Source: Anaeromyxobacteraceae bacterium (GTDB lineage: Bacteria > Myxococcota > Myxococcia > Myxococcales > Anaeromyxobacteraceae). Taken from it: a stretch of DNA of 53,459 bases. The stretch covers positions 1 through 53,459 of the forward strand of contig DASTGK010000456.1 in assembly GCA_035719085.1 (NCBI GenBank). The letters are read 5' to 3'. The notes beneath the pieces were generated by a model. It was not told the origin of the DNA. It did not search any database and saw only the letters and a list, made by a program, of their open reading frames with translations. The position numbers were made by a program, and so were the translations under genes. Each line of letters starts with the position of its first letter. Position 1 is the stretch's first letter. Positions 23,826 through 33,373 of this stretch are shown one piece after another.

Positions 23826-23841
23826 GGACGATTTCCATCAC
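23826..23841 (+). promoter_or_regulatory. Conserved motif GGACGATTTCCATCAC, site 2, 57 nt upstream of the ATG at 23899.
   Basis: Exact 16-mer. Confidence 0.55.
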
Positions 23842-23898
23842 GCGAGCGAGGCTCAGCACGTTCTCGGGGCCAACCCGGCGCGAAAGGCAGAGCACGAC

Positions 23899-24960
23899 AT
23901 GAAGATGCTGACGATGGCGCAGGTGCAGACGGTGATGCGGGCGATGCTGATCGCCGTGGCCCTCGCGCTCGCGAGCCCCGCCCTGGCCATCGGCCCCAAC
24001 GGCGTCACCGGCACCATCACCGCCGCCAACTCCAACCTCACCAGCGGCACGCCCACCGCCAACAGCTACGTCGGTGTGTCGCTCTACTCCGGCGGCCTCG
24101 CCAACACCATCTTCGGAGGCTCCGTCCCCCAGTACGGCGTCATCGGCGTCACCGTGACGGGCACCTTCTCCGCCACCCTGCGCTTCCAGGCGTCCACGGA
24201 CGAGGGCGTCAACTGGTACACCGTGGACGCCTACCCGCTGCCTGCGACGGGCGTCGCCGCGGTGGGCACCACCACCACCACCGGACGCTGGGCGGTGCTC
24301 GGTGCAGGCATCACCAACGTGCGCGTCACGGCCTCGTCCTACACCTCCGGGACGGCCACCATCGTCATCGAGGGCACCGCGCCCGGCATGGCGCCGCTCA
24401 TCAACCTCGCGGACGCCTCAAAGCGGCTGATCTCCGGCAACTCCGACCGGCCCACCTACGGTGTCGTGACGACGGTGACGGTCCCCACGGCGGCGCAGTC
24501 TCTTTTCGCCGTGGAGGCGTCCGCCTCGACCCGCGTGCGCGTGCGGAGCCTGAAGATCTGCGTCACCGACGGCCTCCAGACGACGGCCGGGAAGCGGGAG
24601 ATCGTGCTCTTCCACACCACGGCGGCCAGCTCCGGCGGCACCGCGCGGACGCCGGTGCTGTACGACAAGACGAACGACTCCGCCTTCGGCGGGGTGGCGC
24701 GCTCCGGCTCCATCACCACCACGCCGGCGGTGGGCTCGACGACCGTCGCGAATGCGCTCTGGAGTGCCGTCATCGACATCCCGGCGGCGGCCACCGCGAC
24801 CGTGGCCTGTGTGTCGCGTGACTTCGACCTGGTGCAGGCGCGGGCGCCGTCGGTCGCGACGGGGACCGCGAACGGGCTCGCCCTGGCGGACCTGACCGGA
24901 GGCTCCGGTGGCTCCGGCAACTACGAGATCACCGCGGTCTTCACCGAGGAGGCGAACTGA
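23899..24960 (+). CDS. Secreted Thr/Ala/Gly-rich beta-type protein of unknown function, embedded in the head module.
   Basis: Signal peptide MKMLTMAQVQTVMRAMLIAVALALASPALA. 353 aa. It has its own upstream hairpin and motif. Confidence 0.65.
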   Translation: MKMLTMAQVQTVMRAMLIAVALALASPALAIGPNGVTGTITAANSNLTSGTPTANSYVGVSLYSGGLANTIFGGSVPQYGVIGVTVTGTFSATLRFQASTDEGVNWYTVDAYPLPATGVAAVGTTTTTGRWAVLGAGITNVRVTASSYTSGTATIVIEGTAPGMAPLINLADASKRLISGNSDRPTYGVVTTVTVPTAAQSLFAVEASASTRVRVRSLKICVTDGLQTTAGKREIVLFHTTAASSGGTARTPVLYDKTNDSAFGGVARSGSITTTPAVGSTTVANALWSAVIDIPAAATATVACVSRDFDLVQARAPSVATGTANGLALADLTGGSGGSGNYEITAVFTEEAN

Positions 24961-25223
24961 TGTCGCTGGGACCGGACGCCGCAGTCACCCCGGGGTGGAC
25001 ACAGCTCGCTGGCGGCGGTGTGGCGTTGGAGCGCGAGAAGACGCGCGCCCCCGCCGACGCTGCGGCTCGGGAGCGTGTGGAGGCTTCCCAGAAAGTGGAG
25101 GAGTTCGTGGCGGGCGTGCGGAGCGGGCTGAGCCTCGCGCTTTTCGTCGCGACCAAGTGCGGCAGGCGGCTCTCGCTGGACGAGGCGCTGGCCATCGTCA
25201 GCGAGTGGAAGATCGGGTGCTGA
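24960..25223 (+). CDS. Hypothetical protein.
   Basis: TGATG junction. 87 aa. Confidence 0.5.
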   Translation: MSLGPDAAVTPGWTQLAGGGVALEREKTRAPADAAARERVEASQKVEEFVAGVRSGLSLALFVATKCGRRLSLDEALAIVSEWKIGC

Positions 25224-25226
25224 GCC

Positions 25227-26456
25227 ATGGGCGATCTGCGCGGTGAACTGATGAAGGCCTTCGGCGCCAGCGAGGCGGCCGAGGCCGAGGAGCCGGTGGA
25301 GACGCCGGCCGCGCCCGAGCCGGAGGCGGATGTCGCACCGGTGGAGGAGCCGGCCGCCGCGGAGCCCTCCGACAAGCCGGAGCAGGCGCCCGAGTCGAAG
25401 CAGACGGAGGCCGAGCGCGCCCGCGACGAGAGCGGGCGCTTCGCCAAAGACGGCAAGAAGCCGCTCCCCGCGCCCTCGCCCGCGAAGGGCAAGGCGCCGA
25501 AGGCTCCCGCTGCGCCGGTCAAGCCCGCGGCCCCGACGCCGCAGCCGTCCGCTGTCCAGCCCCAGGCCCCGGCCACCGCGGCGGAGTCGCCGTCGCTGAA
25601 GCCGCCGTCGAGCTGGAAGCCCCAGGCCCGCGAGAAGTGGGGCGCGCTCCCGCCGGAGGTCCAGGCGGAGGTGGCGCGCGTCGACGGCGAGGTGCGCAAG
25701 GTGCTCGCCACCGCGGCCGAGACGCGGCGCCAGGTGCAGGGCTGGCAGCAGGCCGTCTCCCCGTTCGAGGCGATGATTCGCGCCGAGGGCCATGAGCCCC
25801 AGAAGGCCGTCGAGAGCCTCCTTCGGCAGGCGCACCTGATGCGCTTCGGTTCGCCCGCCGCCAAGGCGGAGTTCGTCGAGGGGCTGATCGAGCGCAACCA
25901 AGTCCCCGTGGACGCCGGCTTCATCGCGAAGCTCGTCCAGCGGAACCGCATCCCGATCGAGGCGCTCGCCGAGGCGCTGGACGGCAAGGCGCCCGCGCCG
26001 GGTCAGGGGCAGCCGCAGCCGGCGCCGATGCTGGACCCGGCCGCCATCGCCCGCCAGGTGCGCGAGGAGGTGCAGAGGGACCTCCAGCGCGCGGAAGCGG
26101 CGCGCTTCCAGGCCCAAGCCCGCGACGAGGCCGAGCGCTTCCTGACGGGCAAGGAGTTCAGCGACGACGTGCGCGAGCTGATGGCGGACCTGATGGAGGT
26201 CCGCGCGCGCTCCGGAAAGGTGCTGTCACTCGAGGACGCCTACAACGAGGCGCTCAAGCTGCACCCGGACATCGCCCCCGTCCTCCAGCAGCGCACCGAG
26301 GCCGAGGCCGCGAAGGCGAAGCAGGCCGCCTCCGCCAAGGCCCGAGCCGCCGCGTCTTCCGTGAAGTCCCAGCCGACAGGCGCCGCTCCGGCGCCCAAGC
26401 CGACTGGTCTCCGTGCCCAGCTCGAGGAGAACTGGGCGGCGGCCGAGCAGGGGTAG
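25227..26456 (+). CDS. Putative scaffolding protein.
   Basis: 409 aa, with an acidic and Pro/Ala/Lys-rich low-complexity N-terminal half and a helical C-terminal half. It lies directly upstream of the capsid gene. Confidence 0.6.
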   Translation: MGDLRGELMKAFGASEAAEAEEPVETPAAPEPEADVAPVEEPAAAEPSDKPEQAPESKQTEAERARDESGRFAKDGKKPLPAPSPAKGKAPKAPAAPVKPAAPTPQPSAVQPQAPATAAESPSLKPPSSWKPQAREKWGALPPEVQAEVARVDGEVRKVLATAAETRRQVQGWQQAVSPFEAMIRAEGHEPQKAVESLLRQAHLMRFGSPAAKAEFVEGLIERNQVPVDAGFIAKLVQRNRIPIEALAEALDGKAPAPGQGQPQPAPMLDPAAIARQVREEVQRDLQRAEAARFQAQARDEAERFLTGKEFSDDVRELMADLMEVRARSGKVLSLEDAYNEALKLHPDIAPVLQQRTEAEAAKAKQAASAKARAAASSVKSQPTGAAPAPKPTGLRAQLEENWAAAEQG

Positions 26457-26631
26457 TGGCAGGGCCGCGCTTCGGCGCGGGCAGTGCGTAGTCCTGTAGT
26501 CCGACGGGAACCGGCTCCGGTCAACCCGTCGTGCGGTGAGCCCCTTCACGCGACGGGGCGCGGCGAACGCCGATCGGCGTCAACGCGCAAGAGCTCGCGG
26601 AAAGGAACCACTCCACGACGAGGAGGAAGCC

Positions 26632-27594
26632 GTGAGCTTCCCGAACATCACCGACATCGTCGCGACCACCATCGAGTCTCGCTCGGGGGAGATCGCCGAC
26701 AACGTCACCAAGAACAACGCGCTGTTTTCCCGGCTGAAGCAGAAGGGCCGCATCCGCACCTTCTCCGGCGGCTCCGTCATCTTCGAGGAGATCAGCTTCG
26801 CGGAGAACCAGAACTTCTCCTGGTACTCTGGCTACGACCAGCTCGCGGTGTCCGCGCAGGACGTCATCAGCGGCGCCTCCTTCGCCATCAAGCAGGCGGC
26901 GGTCCCGGTCGTCATCTCCGGCCTTGAGAAGCTGCAGAACTCGGGGAAGGAGAAGATCATCGACCTCCTCGAGAAGCGGATCAGCGTCGCCGAGGCGACG
27001 ATGGCGAACCGCATGTCCGAGGCCGTCTACTCCGACGGCACCGGCTACGGCGGCAAGCAGATGGTCGGCCTGGCGAGCGCGGTGCCGGTGGACCCGACGA
27101 CGGGCACCTACGGCGGCATCGACCGCGCGGTGTGGAGCTTCTGGCGCTCGCAGCTCCAGAGCGCCGGCTCCATGACGCCCGCGACCATCCAGTACCAGAT
27201 GAACGCGCTGTGGTCGAAGTGCGTGCGCGGCCGGGACATGCCCGACCTCATCATCTTCGACTCCAACCTGTGGCAGCTCTACATGACCTCGCTGCAGGCC
27301 ATCCAGCGCTTCACCAGCGCGGACAGCGCCAACCTGGGCTTCCCGACGGTGAAGTTCATGAACGCGGACGTGGTGCTGGACGGCGGCATCGGCGGCTACG
27401 CGCCGGCCAACTCCGGCTGGTTCCTGAACACCAACTACATGTTCCTCCGGCCGCACGCGGACCGGAACATGGTGCCGCTCTCGCCGGGTCGGCGCGTGGC
27501 GGTCAACCAGGACGCGGAGGTGGAGATCCTCGCCTTCGCCGGGAACATCACCTCGGACGGCGCCCAGTTCCAGGGCTTCCTCAAGGGCTACTAG
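26632..27594 (+). CDS. Major capsid protein.
   Basis: GTG at 26632 after aggaggaagcc. 320 aa. IADNVTKNNALFSRLKQKG...YGGIDR...NLGFPTVKFMNADVVLDGG. It sits between the scaffold and decoration genes. Confidence 0.8.
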   Translation: MSFPNITDIVATTIESRSGEIADNVTKNNALFSRLKQKGRIRTFSGGSVIFEEISFAENQNFSWYSGYDQLAVSAQDVISGASFAIKQAAVPVVISGLEKLQNSGKEKIIDLLEKRISVAEATMANRMSEAVYSDGTGYGGKQMVGLASAVPVDPTTGTYGGIDRAVWSFWRSQLQSAGSMTPATIQYQMNALWSKCVRGRDMPDLIIFDSNLWQLYMTSLQAIQRFTSADSANLGFPTVKFMNADVVLDGGIGGYAPANSGWFLNTNYMFLRPHADRNMVPLSPGRRVAVNQDAEVEILAFAGNITSDGAQFQGFLKGY

Positions 27595-27622
27595 CCCGGA
27601 CGCGGACAAGGAGAACACGCAC

Positions 27623-28141
27623 ATGGCATTCCCCAGCAACGCCTCCTGGTACACCACGGACCCGGACATCGGGCTGCAGCCGATCAACGACACCTCCACC
27701 ACGCAGAACCACGCCATCGGCAAGCGGGTGAAGGCGAAGGACGGCAACGGCGTGTACGGCGCCGCGGAGTTCATCTACCTCAAGGGGGTGGCCTCCACGG
27801 CGGCGGGCGACATCGTCATCTACGACGAGAACGCCAACACCACCACGCGGGCCGTGCACACCACGGCGGCGCGCGGTCAGTGCGCGGTGGCGATGAGCGC
27901 GAACGTGGCCAGCCAGTACGGCTGGTACATGATCTCCGGCTCCTGCCTGGTCAACTCCGGGGCGAACACGGTCGCCGCGGGCGCGCCCGTGTACCTCACC
28001 TCCACCGCGGGGCAGATCGACGACGCGGTGGTGTCCACGGACAAGGTGGACGGGATGACCACGACGGCGGCGAACGGGGCGACCACGGCCACGTTCACGC
28101 TCTGCCAGATGGACCGGCCGAGCGCCAACGGCAACGGGTAG
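27623..28141 (+). CDS. Putative head decoration protein.
   Basis: 172 aa, beta-rich, immediately after the capsid gene. EFIYLKGVASTAAGDIVIYD...APVYLTSTAGQIDD resembles DUF2190-type proteins. Unverified. Confidence 0.45.
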   Translation: MAFPSNASWYTTDPDIGLQPINDTSTTQNHAIGKRVKAKDGNGVYGAAEFIYLKGVASTAAGDIVIYDENANTTTRAVHTTAARGQCAVAMSANVASQYGWYMISGSCLVNSGANTVAAGAPVYLTSTAGQIDDAVVSTDKVDGMTTTAANGATTATFTLCQMDRPSANGNG

Positions 28142-28152
28142 CTCTCGAACGA

Positions 28153-28190
28153 CTCCCGCGCCGCGGGCTGGAGAGGGCGCGGCGCGGGAG
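28153..28190 (+). terminator. Strong hairpin (13-bp perfect GC-rich stem) after the capsid and decoration genes.
   Basis: ctcccgcgccgcg-(12 nt)-cgcggcgcgggag. Confidence 0.5.
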
Positions 28191-28227
28191 CTCCACCAAC
28201 ACCCCTCGCCATCCGAAGGAGCAGGGC

Positions 28228-29034
28228 ATGTTCGACGCGTCGGAGTACCTGAGCACCGAGAGCTACGTGCAGATGGTGGAGCAGGGGAAGGGCGAGTCCC
28301 CGCCGGAGTACAGCGCCAAGGGGCTGGTGGTGCAGTTCTACGAGCAGCCGGTGCTCAACGAGGTGAAGAGCTTCGGCGGCCGGACGGTGCTCACGCTCCC
28401 CGCGCGGGACGAGGAGGGGCGCAAGAAGAAGGCGGAGGAGCTCGTCAAGGACTGGGGTTGCGGCGCGACGCTCAAGGGCGTCTACGGCCGCGCCGAGGGC
28501 CACGGCTTCGACGACTACGAGGTGGAGGTGGAGGGCGCTGGACGGCCCATCTTCGACGAGAAGACGTACATCTTCATCGCCGCGCCGGGCGACAACCTGA
28601 ACGTGGTGCGCCGGCCGGTGTGGGACGCGCCGAACATCCCCAAGTCCGATACCGCGCGCTTCAAGTCGCAGTGGGCGGACTACAAGGCGGGCCGCCAGCA
28701 GCAGCGCGTGACGGGGCAGCTCCTCGAGCACTGGCCGGTCCTCACCCGCGCCCAGGTGGCGGAGTTGAAGGCGCTGCACGTCTTCACCGTCGAGCAGCTC
28801 GCCGAGCTCACCGACGAGGTGGTGGGTCGCTACCAGGGGCTCCTGACGCTGAAGCAGCGCGCGCAGAAGCACCTCGACGCAGCGAAGGCGGGTGCCGCCG
28901 CGCAGGCCGCCGCCACCGAGAACGCCACGCTCAAGGGGCAGATGGAGGCCATGAGGGCGAACATGGCGGAGATGGCCAAGGCGATGGAGGAGATGCGCCG
29001 CGGCGGCAAGGACGCGAAGAAGCAGGCCGCCTAG
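28228..29034 (+). CDS. Virion-associated hypothetical protein.
   Basis: ATG at 28228 after ggagcagggc. 268 aa with a coiled-coil C-terminus. Confidence 0.55.
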   Translation: MFDASEYLSTESYVQMVEQGKGESPPEYSAKGLVVQFYEQPVLNEVKSFGGRTVLTLPARDEEGRKKKAEELVKDWGCGATLKGVYGRAEGHGFDDYEVEVEGAGRPIFDEKTYIFIAAPGDNLNVVRRPVWDAPNIPKSDTARFKSQWADYKAGRQQQRVTGQLLEHWPVLTRAQVAELKALHVFTVEQLAELTDEVVGRYQGLLTLKQRAQKHLDAAKAGAAAQAAATENATLKGQMEAMRANMAEMAKAMEEMRRGGKDAKKQAA

Positions 29035-29043
29035 GAGGGCGCC

Positions 29044-29466
29044 ATGCACGTCACGTTCTCTCTGCGCACTCCGCCGCCGGTGGCCGTCGCGGGCTCCATC
29101 CCGCCGCGGCACGAGGCGCTCGCGCCGGTGCCGTACATCCAGCTCGACAGCGGGCGCGGGCACCACAGCCACGAGGTGGTGGACCGGCCTGCCACCGAGG
29201 CAGACCAGAAGCAGCACCCGGCGGAGTGGGCGCGCTTCCTGGTGGAGCAGTGGCTCGCGGGCAAGTCCGTTGGAGACGCGGTGCGCGCGGAGATGTTCGC
29301 CCTCGGCGCCCGGGCTGCCCAGCGCGGGGAGCCGGTGGAGCCCGAAGCGCTGCACGCCGAGGCGGTGCGGAGGCTGGCCCCGCCGCCTCCGCCCGTCGCG
29401 CCTCCGGCGCCGCAGTCCGCGGAGGGCGAGCACACGCGGCCGCACAAGGCGAAGGCGAAGCGGTAA
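29044..29466 (+). CDS. Hypothetical protein.
   Basis: 140 aa. Confidence 0.5.
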   Translation: MHVTFSLRTPPPVAVAGSIPPRHEALAPVPYIQLDSGRGHHSHEVVDRPATEADQKQHPAEWARFLVEQWLAGKSVGDAVRAEMFALGARAAQRGEPVEPEALHAEAVRRLAPPPPPVAPPAPQSAEGEHTRPHKAKAKR

Positions 29467-29478
29467 CGGGAGGACGCG

Positions 29479-30219
29479 GTGGCGCACTTCGAGACGGTGG
29501 CCCAGGTGGTGAGCCTCGCGGCGCGCGAGCTGGGCCTCGTCTCGGCGGACATCACCAACCCCTACGCGAGCACGGACGCCAACGTCCTGCAGATGTGCTC
29601 GCTGCTCACGTCGGCGGGGCGGGAGATCATCCGCGAGCGCCGGTGGACGCAGAGCATCAAGGAGGGGACGTTCACCACCGTCCAGGGCACCGACAACTAC
29701 GCCCTGCCGGCGGACTTCCTGCGGATGATTCCCAGCTCCGCGTGGAACCGGACCAACCGGCTCCCCGTGGGCGGCCCCATCGACTCCGAAGAGTGGCAGT
29801 ACCTCGCCGGGCGCCTGGTCGGCATCGTCTTCAACGTCGTCGTCCGGAAGTGGCAGGGCCGGTGGTACCTCTTCCCGAACGGCGCGGCGACGCCGGGCGG
29901 GTACGTCATCGCCTACGAGTACATGTCCTCGTACTGGGTGGCACCGACGGCGACGCCGACGACGGGTACGAAGGACGCGCCGACGCTGGCGACGGACGTG
30001 CTGCTCTTCGACACGCACCTGATGTCGCGAGCTCTCAAGCGCGCGTGGGTGCGCGCGAAGGGACTGCCCGGAGACGCCATCGAGGACGACTACGAGAAGG
30101 CGCTGGACGCGGTGTGCGACGACGACGCCGCCTCCCGCGTGCAATACCTCGGGCGCGCGCAGCCGCTGGACCCGCTCCTTGGGCAGCAGAACATCCCCTA
30201 CAGCGGGTTCGGGAGCTGA
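29479..30219 (+). CDS. Virion structural protein, possibly an adaptor or tail-tubular-A-like protein.
   Basis: 246 aa. Assigned by position upstream of a large tail protein in a podovirus-like order. Confidence 0.45.
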   Translation: MAHFETVAQVVSLAARELGLVSADITNPYASTDANVLQMCSLLTSAGREIIRERRWTQSIKEGTFTTVQGTDNYALPADFLRMIPSSAWNRTNRLPVGGPIDSEEWQYLAGRLVGIVFNVVVRKWQGRWYLFPNGAATPGGYVIAYEYMSSYWVAPTATPTTGTKDAPTLATDVLLFDTHLMSRALKRAWVRAKGLPGDAIEDDYEKALDAVCDDDAASRVQYLGRAQPLDPLLGQQNIPYSGFGS

Positions 30220-30222
30220 GCG

Positions 30223-32085
30223 GTGCTCGCCCGCCCCGCCAGGAAGCCGCGTCCGCGCCCGTCCATCCGGACGGCCCAGCAGCCCGCGCCGGTGGGCGGA
30301 ATCGACTCCATCTCCCCGGCCACGGAGCTGCCGGCGCTGAACTGCCACTACGCCTACAACCTGATCGCCTCGGAGGGAGGCGTCCGCGTTCGCCTCGGGT
30401 ACCAGGTGACGGCGGAGGGGCTGGGCGGCTCGGCGGACAGCACCGTGCGGACGATGGTTCCGTTTCACGGGAGCGACAAGAACGGCTCCACGGACAAGCT
30501 CTTCGCGGTCACCTCGCTCGGCATCTGGGATGTGACGGCCGGGGGAACGACGACGACGCCAGTCGGGCCGAATTACACGTACAACGCCATCAACGACCCG
30601 ATCATCACCTTCGACAACGCGGCCGGCATCCGCCCGGGCGACACGCTGACGGACGACATCACCGGGGGCATCGCCCACGTCATCGCCATCGACGGCAATG
30701 ACGTGATGCTGGACACCACGGACGACTACAGCGCGCCGGGGACATGCACGGACCAGACGTACAGCCCGGTCGCTCCGCTGGCGCTGGCGGTGTCGTTCAG
30801 CATCACCTCGGGGGACGCGGGGTACTGCACGTACCACTCGTTCACCACGTCGGCGGGGAAGTTCCTCCTGCTCTGCGACGAGGAGAACGGGTACTACGTC
30901 TACACCGAGTCGACGGGGCTGTGGACGAAGCCCACCATGGGCGGCGGCGCCGGCCAAATAGCGGGCGTGAATCCGGCGAACCTGGTGTTCGTGACGGCGT
31001 GGAAAAACCGCGTTTGGCTGGTGGAGAAGAGCACCAGCAAGGCGTGGTACCTCGACGTGAACGCCATCTACGGGACGGCCACCGCCTTCGACTTCGGCAC
31101 GAAGATGCGGGCGGGCGGCTCGCTCGTCGGGCTGTGGAACTGGAGCTACGACGGCGGCGCGGGCATGGACACGCTGCTGGTGGGCGTGTCGAGCGCGGGC
31201 GACATCGTCATCTACCAGGGGACGGACCCGACGTCCGCGGACACGTTCGGCCTCAAGGGGTGCTGGAGCGCGGGCGCGGTGCCTTCGGGGCGGCGCATCG
31301 CCACCGACTATGGCGGCGACTTGCTGCTCCTCTCGCTGCTGGGCGCGGTGCCGCTGTCGAAGTTGGTCATCGGCAACCCGGCGGTGGACCGGACCGTCTA
31401 CAGCACGGAGAAGATCGCTCCGCTCTTCAACCAGCTCGCCGCGCTCTACCGCGACCTGCACGGCTGGGCGCTCCACATCCACCCATTGGACAACGCGCTG
31501 CTGGTGTTCGTCCCGCAGGCGGAGGGGAGCGCGACGACGCAGCTCGCGATGGCGTTCGCAAACCGGAGCTGGTGGCTCTACCGGGACCTCCCGATGCTGA
31601 GCGCCTGCACATGGGATGGGGACTTCTACTTCGGGACGGAGGACGGGCGGGTGTGCCGGAACTACGGCTACCGCGACAACGTCCCGCGCGTGGTGTCCTT
31701 CGGCGACAACACCGGGAGCGCCATCGACTGGAGCCTCCTCACCCCGTTCCGGACGGGGGGCGCGCCAACCAACAAGCAGGTCCAGATGATTCGCCCCACG
31801 CTCCTGTCGGGCGACGTGGCGCCGGTGTACCAGGCGACGGCGCGCTACAACCTCAACCTGGCAGAGCCCGGCGCCGTCTCGGGCACGCCATCGGGCGACA
31901 GCAACTCCTGGGACGTGGGCCTCTGGGACTCGATGCTCTGGCAGGACGGGACGCGCCCTTCCGCTGCGCTGACGGGGGGCACCGGGCTCGGGCGCGAGGT
32001 GGCCATCGCGCTTCGGGGGAACGCCAACTCGAAGACGACGCTCGTCGTCATCGACGTGTACTTCACCGAGGGGGGGCTCTTGTGA
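30223..32085 (+). CDS. Large tail structural protein, possibly a nozzle or tail-tubular-B-like protein.
   Basis: 620 aa, beta-rich. Assigned by position. Confidence 0.5.
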   Translation: MLARPARKPRPRPSIRTAQQPAPVGGIDSISPATELPALNCHYAYNLIASEGGVRVRLGYQVTAEGLGGSADSTVRTMVPFHGSDKNGSTDKLFAVTSLGIWDVTAGGTTTTPVGPNYTYNAINDPIITFDNAAGIRPGDTLTDDITGGIAHVIAIDGNDVMLDTTDDYSAPGTCTDQTYSPVAPLALAVSFSITSGDAGYCTYHSFTTSAGKFLLLCDEENGYYVYTESTGLWTKPTMGGGAGQIAGVNPANLVFVTAWKNRVWLVEKSTSKAWYLDVNAIYGTATAFDFGTKMRAGGSLVGLWNWSYDGGAGMDTLLVGVSSAGDIVIYQGTDPTSADTFGLKGCWSAGAVPSGRRIATDYGGDLLLLSLLGAVPLSKLVIGNPAVDRTVYSTEKIAPLFNQLAALYRDLHGWALHIHPLDNALLVFVPQAEGSATTQLAMAFANRSWWLYRDLPMLSACTWDGDFYFGTEDGRVCRNYGYRDNVPRVVSFGDNTGSAIDWSLLTPFRTGGAPTNKQVQMIRPTLLSGDVAPVYQATARYNLNLAEPGAVSGTPSGDSNSWDVGLWDSMLWQDGTRPSAALTGGTGLGREVAIALRGNANSKTTLVVIDVYFTEGGLL

Positions 32086-32564
32086 GCTTCTCCGTCGTCC
32101 CGGCGCCGTGCACGGTGTGGGGCTGGCTCACCGAGCGCGTGGGGCTCACCCCCACCGCCAACGCGCGGGCGATCGCCGCCGTCGACGCGAGCGGACGGGT
32201 GCGCGGGATGGTGCTCTACGACGGGTGGACGGAGAACTCCGTCGAGGCGCACATGGCCGTCGACACGCCCTCCGCGTGGCGAGCGCTGCTCCGCCCGGCC
32301 TTCGCCTACCCCTTCATCCAGTGCCAGCGCGGCGTCATCGTCGGCCGCATCCGCGAGAGCAACACCACCAGCCTCCGCATGGCGACGCGCCTCGGCTTCG
32401 AGGTGCTCGCCCGCGTGCGAGACGGCGCCCGAGTTGGCGAGGACCTGGTGCTGGTGCAGATGCGGCGCGAGGACTGCCCGTGGCTGGAGCCGTCCGCACG
32501 CGGCGCCCGCCAGCGTCGAGAGAGCGTGCCCACGATGGAGCCACTTGAGAGCAGGAGCGCCTGA
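32082..32564 (+). CDS. GNAT-family acetyltransferase-like protein.
   Basis: GTG at 32082. GMVLYDGWTENSVEAHMAV...FIQCQRGVIVGRIRESNTTSLRMATRLGFEVLAR. Confidence 0.55.
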   Translation: MSFSVVPAPCTVWGWLTERVGLTPTANARAIAAVDASGRVRGMVLYDGWTENSVEAHMAVDTPSAWRALLRPAFAYPFIQCQRGVIVGRIRESNTTSLRMATRLGFEVLARVRDGARVGEDLVLVQMRREDCPWLEPSARGARQRRESVPTMEPLESRSA

Positions 32565-33358
32565 TGGCAGACCAGAACCTCGGGAACGTCACCAAGTCTG
32601 GCGGGAAGAAGAACGCCCCGCGTCCGCCGGACTACGAGGCGGCGACGGAGAAGCAGTCCCAGGCGAACGCCCAGCTCAACCGCCCCGACGTGTCCACTCC
32701 CTACGCCAGCCAGCAGTGGACGCAGGGGCCGGACGGGCAATGGCGCATGAACACCAGCTTCTCCGGGGCGCTGGGAGGGGCGGCCGGCGCGCTCAACCAG
32801 CAAGCCGCGGACGCGCTGGGGAAGCCGTTGGACCTCTCCGGACTTCCCGAGCTCGACAGCGGCGCGGGCGCGCGAGACCAGGCCATCAACGCCGCCTACG
32901 GCCAGGCCGCCTCGCGGCTGAATCCGCAGTGGGAGCAGCGCGAGGGCCAACTCCGCCAGCGCCTCGCCAACCAGGGGTTGGACCCGGACTCCGAGGCCGG
33001 ACGGAACGCGATGCGCCAGCTTGGCCAGGAGCGGAACGACGCCTACTCGTCCGCCATGAGCGGGGCCATCTCCCAGGGCACCGCGGCCGGGGACTCCGTG
33101 TTCCGGAACTCCGCCATGGCCCGCCAGCAGGCGCTCGCCGAGGCGCTGCGCAAGCGCGGGCAGCCGCTCGAGGAACTGGGCGCGCTCCAGGGCTTCCTGA
33201 AGATGCCCGGTTACAGCCAGGTCGAGGGGCCGCAGTATCTCAATGCCGCGCTCGCGAAGTACCAGGGCGACACGGCGAAGTACAAGGCGGACCAGGAGGC
33301 GTGGGCGGATAGCCTGGGGGCGCTTGGGAGCCTCGCAGCGCTCCCGTTCAAGATGTAG
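32564..33358 (+). CDS. Putative internal virion protein.
   Basis: 264 aa, Gln/Ala/Gly-rich. Confidence 0.5.
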   Translation: MADQNLGNVTKSGGKKNAPRPPDYEAATEKQSQANAQLNRPDVSTPYASQQWTQGPDGQWRMNTSFSGALGGAAGALNQQAADALGKPLDLSGLPELDSGAGARDQAINAAYGQAASRLNPQWEQREGQLRQRLANQGLDPDSEAGRNAMRQLGQERNDAYSSAMSGAISQGTAAGDSVFRNSAMARQQALAEALRKRGQPLEELGALQGFLKMPGYSQVEGPQYLNAALAKYQGDTAKYKADQEAWADSLGALGSLAALPFKM

Positions 33359-33373
33359 CGGAGGAACACCACA

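Noticed and set aside
26465-26480. A CCGCGC-TTCG-GCGCGG hairpin after the scaffold gene as a terminator or attenuator that sets the scaffold-to-capsid ratio.
   Set aside because: A 6-bp stem is short for this GC content and many similar hairpins occur by chance. It is noted but not called.
27877-31482. Very long ORFs in the track, for example 27877-31482(-) at 1201 aa, 19914-22130(-), 17684-19804(-), 3777-5837(-) and 20306-22687(+).
   Set aside because: They are antisense to, or off-frame with, genes that have clear homology-type motifs (capsid, portal, terminase, methylase). Their translations are Arg/Pro/Gly/His-rich with poor third-position GC. These are typical stop-poor artefacts of a roughly 70 % GC genome.
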